A DNA stretch of 63,164 nucleotides, the filler included, from Klebsormidium nitens (Eukaryota > Plantae > Klebsormidiophyceae), in assembly GCA_000708835.1 (NCBI GenBank). It is 7 parts of 7 records of this genome, joined end to end, with 100 filler letters (N's around TTAATTAATTAA, not from the genome) between each part and the next. Parts side by side here need not be neighbours in the genome. Positions count along the whole stretch, not along the records: positions 14,720 to 37,873 come from DF237651.1; 6 more parts are not named here. One strand, given 5' to 3'. The notes below the pieces were generated by a model. The model worked only from the letters and a program-made list of their open reading frames with translations, was not told the DNA's origin and did no database searches. The position numbers and the translations under genes were made by a program. Below are positions 28,096-37,171 of the stretch, piece after piece (the first letter of the stretch is position 1; every line of letters starts with the position of its first letter).

Positions 28096-29707
28096 ATGGA
28101 CGTGTTCCGAGCATTCGTCGTCAACGGGAAGACTTACGATGTACAGATGGTCTGGGAAGACACCAAACCACTCTTCAGAGCCAAAGATGTAGGCGATGTC
28201 TTAGGTTTGACCAATGTACGGGTTTCTATACAAGCCTTCGACCAAGATGAGAAGGTTGTCATCTCGAGTAACACTCTCGGTGGCTGTCGGGAAAGTATTT
28301 TTTTGACCGAACGGGGCCTATACCGTCTCCTCATGCAATTTCGAAAGCCCATCGCAAGGCCTTTCCAGAAGTGGGTCGCTGAAGTGATCGAATCCATCCG
28401 CGAAAAGGGACACTATGAACTACGTCAAGCGGTCGAAGAAGGAAAGAAAGCCATCGAGCGAGTTCGGGAAGAGACAGCTGCAGAGATCGCTGATGTATTG
28501 GCAGAGCAAGGCGCTCTATCGCAACGTGCGGTCAACGAAGCCCGACACACGGCATTGATCAACTCCTTCCGCAACGGTCTGTATGTCGTCTACTTCGGTC
28601 GCATCAGACTCCAATACGATGGAAGATGGCTCATCAAGATCGGGAGCACGAAGGACCTGCAGGACCGAGTTCCAGGTCTCGTCAAGGAATTCGGCGGCAT
28701 GCAGATCTTCGAGGTCTTTCCCGTGGCCCTGTCAAGACAATTCGAGGAGTTTCTGAAGACTCACCCGAAAATCTCGAAGTTGGCATTCAAGGACGTCATC
28801 CACAACGGTCATAGGTCGCATCGCGAGGTTTTCAGCATGACGGAGGAGGATATACAGATGACCGTCAACATCGCCAAGAGACACGCCCCCGCTTACAACG
28901 ATCAGGCGACTACCGCACAGCTCGTGGAGTTGGAACTCCAAAGATACAAATCAGCCCAAGCAATACCACAAGATCTTTCTCCTCAGATCGTTGTGTCATA
29001 TTACGTCCCACCCGACGAACATCGGTTTACACAGGCGCGAGGTTCGAAGATCCAGCGTTATTCAGAAGATGGGAAGACGCTCTTGCGAACGTATCCAGGT
29101 TGCGGAGAAGCATGTAGGGATCCGACGTCGCTGCACCTGCTGCAGCTCTGATTCGAGAAGCAGCTGCGAAGAGAACAATCTACAAAGGCTTCAGATGGGC
29201 TCAGCTCGACCGATCGCTGTCAGATGACACGTTTCAAGACATCGGGGACACCGTGGAGAGCAAGACGTTGAACAAAGGCTTCATAGCGATGCTGGATCTT
29301 CGTCAACGACGCATAGTGGAGGTCTTTGCAGACATGAAGAAAGCGTCTGAGGACCGCTCCGAGGCATGGCATCGATATGCACATCTATCAAGAAGGGCAC
29401 GAGATGCAGCGGGCATTATTTCAAGATGTGGCGCGACTGCAGCGAGGAGCTCCAAAGGGAATATCTTTCGAGACGTGAGCTCCCACAACGGCCGATACGA
29501 GCAAACGGAGAACCGGTCGAGCAGATTCACGCGATCACGAACGAGGTCGTGAAACGCTTCTCTTCGATAGCCCACGTGCAGACGGAGATGCGGATTGCGC
29601 GAGCATCACTTCAACGTGCACTGGCTGACGGTGGCATATTGAAAGGTTACAAGTGGAAACGCTACGATCCGTCTGCAATAAACACAGAGGAACCCTGTTA
29701 CGATTAA
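28096..29707 (+). pseudogene. Bro-N + T5orf172/GIY-YIG-like + NUMOD1-like repeat protein, two frameshifts
   Basis: Bro-N (KPLFRAKDVGDVLGL...FLTERGLYRLL...ARPFQKWV), then VVYFGRI...LIKIGST. The NUMOD1-like tail continues in other frames (LIREAAAKRTIYKGFRW from ~29150; MASICTSIKKG...GYKWK to 29707). Confidence 0.7.
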
Positions 29708-29784
29708 GAACTTCAGCTACACCCGCGCTTGTTGTCGTAGAAGATATATGCCAGCTCTCTCTAGGGCTGACGGGAAGGGTTAGG

Positions 29785-30483
29785 ATGGAAGCTCGCAACC
29801 TCTCGCCGAGTCAACTCCGCCGCCTGCAGCGAATGTACACCGAGCGCTTCTACGTCTTACACACAGAGTACGACGAGGCCACGCAGAGCGGCCACTTCAA
29901 GGTCAGTGGATCTACGGGGTCTGTATACACGGTCGGCTTGAACGGCGCAGGAGCGTTCGACTGCGACTGCCCCGACTCCATCGGACGCTTATCCCACGAG
30001 CCGGACCTGATCTGCAAGCACAGGTGCTTCGTCCTCTACAAGGTCTCGAGATGCGACGTAGAAACCGTCTCTCCCAGCCCGCGCCTGCGGGGTTCCGCGC
30101 TGAAGAGGGTGCGGCAGCGCTTGAGAGACTCGTCGGTGGATCCAAGCACGCTGAGCGCGAACGTGTCCGACCCCGCCCTGCGTGCCAACTACGAACGCAT
30201 CGTGGGAGCTGTCGAGGAGCTCATTTCCGGGCCTTCGTTCGAGGCACCCCCGCTGCTCGGAGACCAGGCGGATGATTGTGCTGTCTGCTACGACAGTCTA
30301 GCCGAAGGTGCGAGGCTGGGGTGCCCCGATTGTCGAAACTCGATACACAAGGACTGCATGATGCGGTGGGTCCGATCGGGCAAGATCACGTGCCCCTTCT
30401 GCAGATCCAAGTGTTGGGAGAGGTTGGATCCTCGGACGGGTCGGACGAAGCCTTTGCAGTTCTACGTGAACGTCTTCGTGTAG
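29785..30483 (+). CDS. SWIM zinc finger + RING finger protein (putative E3 ubiquitin ligase)
   Basis: FKVSGSTGSVYTV...CDCPD...CKHRCFVL (SWIM); CAVC...CPDCRNSIHKDCMMRW...CPFCRS (RING). ATG at 29785. Confidence 0.85.
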   Translation: MEARNLSPSQLRRLQRMYTERFYVLHTEYDEATQSGHFKVSGSTGSVYTVGLNGAGAFDCDCPDSIGRLSHEPDLICKHRCFVLYKVSRCDVETVSPSPRLRGSALKRVRQRLRDSSVDPSTLSANVSDPALRANYERIVGAVEELISGPSFEAPPLLGDQADDCAVCYDSLAEGARLGCPDCRNSIHKDCMMRWVRSGKITCPFCRSKCWERLDPRTGRTKPLQFYVNVFV

Positions 30484-30623
30484 CATCATCGATGGTTTCG
30501 GACGCCATTTTTCGGACGCTTCGTAGATATAGGAAGAGCACCTCCACCTGATAATAGCGACATTCGGACGCGCTCGTCGATATAGGAAGAGCACTCTCCC
30601 TTAGCAGTCAGTTCGCTTACTCG

Positions 30624-31733
30624 ATGGAGCCCACTGGCGCGAAGCGAAAGCGACAGACGTACGAGCCACCCACCGAGCTGGGTCGGTACCTCCACCATCC
30701 CGTCCAAAAGGAGTACGTGGGCTACCCTGACGGAAGCATCTGGTCGAAGAAGAGTGGCGCTTTCATTCAGGGGAGCTTGAACGGCGAATACGTGCTGATA
30801 AATCTTGGGGACAAAAACGTTTACAGGCATAGATTCATCTTCGAGATCGCCAATCAACGAGTTATTCAACCCCTAATGCACGTCGACCATATCAACGCAG
30901 ACAAGACTGACAACTCTTGGACCAACCTTCAGGAATTGACGAGCCAGGCACACGCGATGAAAACATCTGCGGATAATCCCAAGCGTGGTGCGAAGTGTGG
31001 AGTGACTTTGGGCCAAAAACTTGTCGCCACACACATTGGCACTGGAGAAAAACTAAGTTTCAATTCCCAATGGCATGCAGCGAGGGAGCTGGGTCTTCAC
31101 CAAAGCAACATCGGCAAACAACTGCGAGGCAAGTTGAAACGAGTGGGGCAGTATACTTTCGAGGTGGCTTCTGCATACATGGATCAGCAGCGGGACCTTC
31201 CGGGGGAGCAGTGGGAGGACGTGCCGAAGGACCTCGCAGTCGAGTACGGCTTCCAGCCCGGCATCATGAAGGGGATCCGCATAAGCAATCTCGGACGCAT
31301 TCAAGACAAGATGGGGAGACGCACCTTTGGATTGGAGGTACCCTCGAAATTCCCTGGCGACTGCTACATGAGCACCTTCGTTGGTGGGCAAAAAAGACGC
31401 GTGACAGTCCACGTCCACGTCCACGTCCTATGTGCCTTGACTTTCGTCGGACGGCGTCCGAGTCCCACTCACACTGTTGATCACATCGACGGACGCAAGA
31501 AGAACAATGCCGCCTCCAATCTGAGGTGGTATACGCCGAACGAACAAGGACAGAATCAGAGGTCGAATCGGGCAGTGCACCAGCTGGACTCAGAGACTGG
31601 ACGCGTGCTTCGGACGTTCGCCACGATAGCAGAGGCCGCCCGAATCACAAAGTGCCCGAAAGCGGGTATAAATATGGTATGCTTGGGCACGAGGGCAAGA
31701 TCGGGCGGCTTTTCTTGGAAGTACGCGACTTAG
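30624..31733 (+). CDS. HNH homing endonuclease with two HNH_3 cores and NUMOD-type domains
   Basis: HVDHINADKTDNSWTNLQ and TVDHIDGRKKNNAASNLRW; NUMOD1-like C-terminus (AVHQLDSETGRVLRTFATIAEAARIT...GGFSWKY). Confidence 0.85.
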   Translation: MEPTGAKRKRQTYEPPTELGRYLHHPVQKEYVGYPDGSIWSKKSGAFIQGSLNGEYVLINLGDKNVYRHRFIFEIANQRVIQPLMHVDHINADKTDNSWTNLQELTSQAHAMKTSADNPKRGAKCGVTLGQKLVATHIGTGEKLSFNSQWHAARELGLHQSNIGKQLRGKLKRVGQYTFEVASAYMDQQRDLPGEQWEDVPKDLAVEYGFQPGIMKGIRISNLGRIQDKMGRRTFGLEVPSKFPGDCYMSTFVGGQKRRVTVHVHVHVLCALTFVGRRPSPTHTVDHIDGRKKNNAASNLRWYTPNEQGQNQRSNRAVHQLDSETGRVLRTFATIAEAARITKCPKAGINMVCLGTRARSGGFSWKYAT

Positions 31734-31773
31734 GGCAGCACAGTTATTCGTCAGGAACAGTAACGTCGTAGAT

Positions 31774-32496
31774 ATGACAGGGTCGTCGGTGCAAGGTCAG
31801 GGTATCATCAGCTGCAACATCGCGAGCGGCGAGAAGAAGAGATTTGCTTCTCAGTCTCAGGCAGCAAAGGAGTTGGGGTTATTTCAGAGCAATATCTCCC
31901 TGTGCTTGAAAGGGAAACTCGCAAGTACAGAAGGGTATACTTTTGAGAAGGATGCAGATTATGAAAATGACCAGGCAGACCTGCCTGGAGAGGAGTGGAG
32001 GAAGATACCGGAAGACGTAGGGATAGCTCAGGGCTTCTCGTCCAAGATGCTGGCCGGCATGCAATTCAGCAGCGCGGGGCGGGTGCGAGACAAGCGCGGG
32101 CGCAGGACCTTCGGCACCGACCTGGGTTCGCACAAGGTGGTGAAGGTGGCCGACGGGCCCCTGAGCAAGAAAGCACGCGTCCACGTCCTCTGCACACTAG
32201 CATTCCACGGCCCTCCCCCCGGCAAGGATCACATAGTCCAGCACATCAACGGCGAGAACAGCGACAATAGCCGGGAGAACCTGACCTGGGTCCACAAGAC
32301 TGCACCAAGCGATAGGCGTGGGACGGTCAAGGCGGTGCAGAAGATAGATCGTGAGAGCGGGGCCGTCCTGGCGACCTATCAGAGCATCATGGAGGCAGCA
32401 GAAGCGAATAATATAGCCCACAGGAATCAGATTTCGGACGTCATTGCAGGCAGGAAGGCCACAGCAGGTGGCTACGGCTGGCAGTTTGCAGATTGA
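31774..32496 (+). CDS. HNH endonuclease, tandem paralog of the C-terminal two-thirds of 30624-31733
   Basis: FASQSQAAKELGL, DLPGEEWRKIP, VHVLCTLAFHGPPP..HIVQHINGENSDNSRENLTW, NUMOD1-like tail. Confidence 0.8.
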   Translation: MTGSSVQGQGIISCNIASGEKKRFASQSQAAKELGLFQSNISLCLKGKLASTEGYTFEKDADYENDQADLPGEEWRKIPEDVGIAQGFSSKMLAGMQFSSAGRVRDKRGRRTFGTDLGSHKVVKVADGPLSKKARVHVLCTLAFHGPPPGKDHIVQHINGENSDNSRENLTWVHKTAPSDRRGTVKAVQKIDRESGAVLATYQSIMEAAEANNIAHRNQISDVIAGRKATAGGYGWQFAD

Positions 32497-32511
32497 CTAT
32501 GGGTTATTCGC

Positions 32512-33304
32512 CTACTCCAACGAGGGCACGAGATCCAGATTGTGGAATCTTTCCGAGGTATCTTCTTCGTAGTCCGCGAACGATTGCAATATGCTACGAC
32601 CGATGTGCTCTGCTAGCTTCGGAGGGACTGCGTTGCCGATCTGCGTGTAGACTGCTATACGTGGACCTTTCCACAAATAAGTCGTAGGAAAGGACTGAAG
32701 AGCGGCACACTCTTGTTCCGTCAACATCCTGCAAGATCCATCATCATACAAGACCAAAGCTTCAGCCCCGCGATTCTTTAAATATCCAGCCCTCACGGTC
32801 CTCGAGGGTCGTTCAATATCCACAAACATCGCATAGTGGGCATTTTGCTCGTGTTTTCTCATGTAATATGCGGTCTTCTCCGGCCTCATCCAATAAAAAG
32901 CGGCTATGTCGCTTTTGTCTTTCAGTACACTTCCGATCGTCTGAGGTAAGTCCTCTGTGGAAGGCGAGGGAAAATTGAACGTCATGACGGGATGATGGGC
33001 AACGATGAAGAGGCGTTTTCTGCTCTGAGGGATGCCATAATCGAGGGCAGTCAAATATGTATGTTTCACCACATATGAAGAATGTTCCAAACTTGTGCAC
33101 AAGTTCTGCAAGTGTTTACCACCGTCTTTCGTAGCAAACCCCGTCACGTTCTCCATGACAACCATTTTGGCATCGCACCATGCAGCTATTCGTACGACGT
33201 ACTCATACAGATCATCGCGTGCATCTCCACGGCACCTTCTACCTACCATCGAAAAACTCTGACAAGGAGGGCTCGCAACGACGACATCAATCACTGTGCC
33301 TTTA
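32512..33304 (-). pseudogene. C5 DNA cytosine methyltransferase, C-terminal part (motifs IV-X), interrupted by a transposon
   Basis: DVVVASPPCQSFS (IV), VVMENVTG (VI), PQSRKRLFIV (VIII), RMLTEQECAALQSFP (IX), YTQIGNAVPP (X). The ORF-track start MGENGN lies in the transposon TIR. Confidence 0.9.
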
Positions 33305-33470
33305 TTACCATTTTCGCCCAAACTGTCGCCCGTACCGGGCGCTTATTCGGACGGAAAATGAATAATAATACCGGATTAGGTCCATACGAGTACGGACTGG
33401 TACCGGCTATCCGCGAACCGCCGGGTTATAGGTTCGAAAGCCTCCGGTATCCGCGAATAATCCTCAAACT
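33305..33470 (-). ncRNA. Putative Fanzor omegaRNA scaffold (guide expected in the flanking MTase sequence)
   Basis: ~165 nt between the Fanzor stop and the transposon end, with several stem-loops (GTCCGTAC-TC-GTATGGAC; TACCGG/CCGGTA) and a TTCGCGGATA-(G)CCGG direct repeat. The position matches TnpB/Fanzor guide-RNA loci. Boundaries are inferred. Confidence 0.6.
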
Positions 33471-35298
33471 AGCGGCAGAACTCAGCCGGCCGAACTCTTC
33501 CTCCCAGCCTGCTCTGGAGCAGCCTCAAGATGTTCCGGGCGGCGTTCACGTCGCGGTTCACCGTCATGCCATAACAGCCACTGTTTCTGCAGTGGAGCAC
33601 ACTGTGAACTTTTACGGTCTTCACCACCCCATCCTTGCACCGCTTCTCCGAGTACTGGTTGTGCAGCTGCGTCTTGCAGTCGAAGTGGAGCTTGCTCGTC
33701 CTAAATTCGTCTACCGAGACCACCCTGCAGTGCTTGCGGAGCTCCCGCTCCAGCCGCTTCACGGGCCCAGAGGGTGATCCTCTTATAATCCCGGCAGCGT
33801 CCTTGTTGGACCAGTCTCCGAACCCCACGACTGTCCTCTTGCCCATGCGCTTGGTGATACCCTTGCAGATCTCGTGCAACTTCTTCTGTGCATAGATGTA
33901 CCGCTTGGACTTGAGACCCCTGAACCCCTTCCTCATGTGGAAGCTCAGGAGCATATCCAGGCGGGGAAGCATGAAGCGCACGTAGTCTAGCAGCTTGGAG
34001 CTCTCAGGCGTTTTCTTGCTGGGCATGTTGCGGATCGCTTCGAGGACCTCAGGACTCTGCTCGTACCAGTGCCTGATCCTTGCGTTGCTGAGCTTGTACT
34101 TGGCATCGTGGTAGAATTCTCGCGTCGAGCAAGACAACTTCTCGCCTTGCTCGTTCATCATGACGAACAAATCCCGCCTCCTCCCCGGGTCAAGGCCCCA
34201 CAGCTCCTCGTCACCGGTGAGATCAGGAAGCACCCCCTCTCCAGCGGAAGACCTTGGTTTGGGCTTCCTCAACACCATGCACACGGCCTTTCCATCCGTG
34301 AGGATCTCACCCGCAAACTTTCTGTTGCACGTCTCAAACTTCTCGAGGTTGAACAGCTGTCTCCAGTAGTCGTCTGCCACCTTCCTGAACTCCGGTCCAA
34401 ATGCTGGCAGCTTGGCGCCTCCTCTCTTCAACAAGCCATATAGGCCATTCGTGCACATCTTTAGGTGACTGCACTCGAAGCCGCTCTTGGTGGGAAGGAG
34501 GCTAAAGAGTCTCAGCTGCTTGCCCTTCTTCAACTCAGCTTCCGACAGAGGATGGTGCGACTCCATGTAGCGCAGGAACATGAATTGCATGGGCATGAGA
34601 AGGTGAGGGGTGGAGTCTGCTCGTCCGGTCGTGGCTTTTGGAAGCATTGCACGGTACTCCAGGACCAACGGGTCATCACCGTTGTACTCCTCTGTCAGCA
34701 TGTGTCTCATCTTTGCATAGCATGCTGAGCCATCGAGCGAGTACTTGTGCTTTAGATATCGCTTGAAGCGCCGGTAGAAGTTCGTAGCAACAGAGTTTCG
34801 GGTGCAAGTCGCCATCTGGAGGCTTGCATTCTGGTACCAGCCGGAGGCGAGGTTCTTGCTGTCCGGTGGCACATACTCAGCGGGGCGTGATGATACATAG
34901 AGTTCCACCGTCTCCCTGAAGAAGAGGTCTTTGATTGCGCTCTTCTGCCTCCCGGTGACACTGACGGCTGACAAGCATCCATAGAAGAAGGACTGATCGA
35001 GAGGTGGTACTTCTCTATCGAGCTCACACATGCGCAATACATGCAGGTTGGCGAGAAGGTAGGCCTCGCAGATGGCCTTGTTCACTTCCTTGAGCACACT
35101 CTCGAGAGGGAGGGCCTTCGCAGCCTCCTTGCAGAAGCTGTTCCAGCTGGTCTTTACGACTGTACACTCGGTCTCCCTGTTCCTCTGAGCACGGAGTTTG
35201 ACATCTTCGCGAGTTCGAGTGGGGTCCCTGAAGAGCTTGCATATGTAGCGCAGACATTCGTGCTCGAGAGCGATGTCTGGGGGCTTCTTAGGCGGCAT
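33469..35298 (-). CDS. Fanzor: Fanzor1 (eukaryotic TnpB-like RNA-guided RuvC nuclease), 609 aa, intact
   Basis: ATG at 35298 (MPPKKPP...). RuvC-I LWGLDPGRR, Fanzor1-type VVGFGDWS, shifted catalytic Glu in VVSVDEFRTSK, Zn finger (HFDC...LHCRNSGC), RuvC-III NRDVNAARNI. Confidence 0.92.
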   Translation of the reverse strand: MPPKKPPDIALEHECLRYICKLFRDPTRTREDVKLRAQRNRETECTVVKTSWNSFCKEAAKALPLESVLKEVNKAICEAYLLANLHVLRMCELDREVPPLDQSFFYGCLSAVSVTGRQKSAIKDLFFRETVELYVSSRPAEYVPPDSKNLASGWYQNASLQMATCTRNSVATNFYRRFKRYLKHKYSLDGSACYAKMRHMLTEEYNGDDPLVLEYRAMLPKATTGRADSTPHLLMPMQFMFLRYMESHHPLSEAELKKGKQLRLFSLLPTKSGFECSHLKMCTNGLYGLLKRGGAKLPAFGPEFRKVADDYWRQLFNLEKFETCNRKFAGEILTDGKAVCMVLRKPKPRSSAGEGVLPDLTGDEELWGLDPGRRRDLFVMMNEQGEKLSCSTREFYHDAKYKLSNARIRHWYEQSPEVLEAIRNMPSKKTPESSKLLDYVRFMLPRLDMLLSFHMRKGFRGLKSKRYIYAQKKLHEICKGITKRMGKRTVVGFGDWSNKDAAGIIRGSPSGPVKRLERELRKHCRVVSVDEFRTSKLHFDCKTQLHNQYSEKRCKDGVVKTVKVHSVLHCRNSGCYGMTVNRDVNAARNILRLLQSRLGGRVRPAEFCR

Positions 35299-35345
35299 GA
35301 ACGCCACCTTATAGACTACTTTTAAGAAAAAAAGTCTCGGAGATT

Positions 35346-36248
35346 TTACGCGCCTGGGCCTAGGACTCTCTGGAACAGTCTGGAGCACACGGCGGGGGTG
35401 AGCTTCTGCAAGCCATCCTCTAGAGCGGCCCTGAGGTCTGCCTCGTTCCTGGGCGCTACCCCACTGATGTGAGTCCTGAGGATATTGAAGCAGAGCTCTA
35501 CCGGGTTGAGATGTGGTGCATAGGGAGGCAGGTACTCCAGGTCGATTGCAAGTTCGCCTGCCGCTTCTGCAATCGTAGGCAGCCCTCTGCGCTTGAGAGC
35601 GTTGGTGCTCTTGTGGATGGCAGCGTTGTCCAGGACGATCTTGGAGCCCATAGGCAGCTCTTGTAGGAACCTCAGAAACCTGACAGCGTCCACAGAGCCC
35701 TGGTAAAGGTTCCACTTGACCACCCCAGTGGAGCTGATGCAGAGGAGGAGTGAGAACTTCTTGCCCCTAGGGCCAGGTCTCCTTACCACTGCTCTGGACC
35801 CACGCTGGCTCCATGCATAGCCGCGGATATGATTCATGAAGAAGCCACACTCGTCCAGAGAGAGGACATGCGGTCCCAGATCAGCTTGGATGTCATTCAG
35901 GAAAGCCTGACCCCTAGCCTCGTTGAACTCGCAGTAGGCCTTGGTTGCTTTCTTGAAGGAGAGAGTGGAAACTGCAACTCGCACATTGTGTTCGTCTCTC
36001 AGGAACTGTGCAGCTTGCTCGAGTGTGGTGGTTGGATTCTGCTGCATCTATGCTGCCAGGCTGATCATTACCAGTGGAGAGAGCTTTCGGAGGTGCGCAG
36101 TGTTGCGCTCCCGGTCTTGCAGTCTAGGGCTTCTGATCCACCTCTGGATGGTGCGCTTGGACCTCTGCAGAGATTGGCCTATAGCATCATCATCCATGCC
36201 AGACGCCAACATCTGCCTGAGGAAGGCACGCTTCTCGCTCATCTTCAT
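35346..36248 (-). pseudogene. IS630/Tc1-like DDE transposase with an in-frame TAG at 36048-36050
   Basis: HTH N-terminus (MKMSEKRAFLRQ...IGQSLQRSKRTIQRW), then VLSLDECGF, IVLDNAAIHK, YLPPYAPHLNPVE. It reads LAA*MQQ where the second copy reads LATYMQQ. Confidence 0.88.
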
Positions 36249-36500
36249 GGTGGCATGTGGTGAAAGTGACAAGCTCATGCTTGAAGGGATGGTACATGAG
36301 TAGGTATAGCTTACAGGGATACACTTGGTCATATAGTGTACCGTTATGTCGTAATGATTTGATTAATACGAAAAAAATAGGTCCCAACCTCGCGGTTTCG
36401 CGCGACACTTTTGGCAAAAAAAGGTTAAAAAAGGTGGCAGAAAGTTTGGAACCGGTGAGAGGCGCCATTCCCTTCCGAACCAACCAAAAAATACTGCGAG

Positions 36501-37037
36501 ATGGCGGCAGATGAGGCGAGCAAGAAACAAAGACTGGCGCAGCTGAAAACAGAGTGGCAGGAGTATGCGAAGGAGATACCTGCAGAGGGGAGCAGTGACA
36601 CCACTGAAGACATCTGCATGCGCCTTATGGCATCTGTCATTCTGGCAGAAAACCCAGAAGCGAGAGAAACTGACATATTGCGCCACTTCTTTGACCCCAC
36701 CCTCGGTCTTCGGGTTACGGCCTATGTAGAGGACTACGTGCTCTGGTTCCAATATCGTTTTGGGTACATTGCTGATGCCTACAAGAACGAAGACAAAAAG
36801 GACTTCAAGAGATTCATGAGCTACAAGAGGCACAATCCATATGTAAGCGAGCGTGGTCGGAAGGTAAATCTCAACAATGGCCATTTCTTGACACAGCCAG
36901 GTGAACAGAACCAGAGGTTTGGAGCAGACTTTATCGTAGGAGACGTTGGGTTAGACTTTATTTGGGAGTTTACGGATTACCTGCTCAAGGCAGAGTATCC
37001 AAACAAGCCAGGTACCAAGACTCCTAGTACTAAATGA
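36501..37037 (+). CDS. Hypothetical cargo protein (178 aa) inside the composite transposon
   Basis: Clean intronless ORF (MAADEASKKQRL...) between the inner transposon end (~36428) and the second partial transposase copy; no family recognised. Confidence 0.6.
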   Translation: MAADEASKKQRLAQLKTEWQEYAKEIPAEGSSDTTEDICMRLMASVILAENPEARETDILRHFFDPTLGLRVTAYVEDYVLWFQYRFGYIADAYKNEDKKDFKRFMSYKRHNPYVSERGRKVNLNNGHFLTQPGEQNQRFGADFIVGDVGLDFIWEFTDYLLKAEYPNKPGTKTPSTK

Positions 37038-37171
37038 GGGGTTGTTCGTTAGTTGAAACAATGCTTCTCATTGAACATGAGCTAGAGCTGCATGAGTGGT
37101 CTTTACTTCCAATCTTCAACCTGCTTCACCTGCTCTTAGCTGCGCAGAGACAGCACATGTTCGCAGCTGCT

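Noticed and set aside
27810-28124. 104-aa ORF upstream of MCP ending MSGGLTN
   Set aside because: It is antisense to the Bro-N gene's upstream region; only its last codons are real (MCP exon 1 plus the intron start).
33082-33777. 231-aa plus-strand ORF spanning the transposon end
   Set aside because: It is antisense to the MTase and Fanzor and crosses the insertion junction; a shadow ORF.
33469-35715. 748-aa Fanzor with a long N-terminal domain
   Set aside because: Residues upstream of ATG 35298 are an alternative-frame reading of the transposase 3' end.
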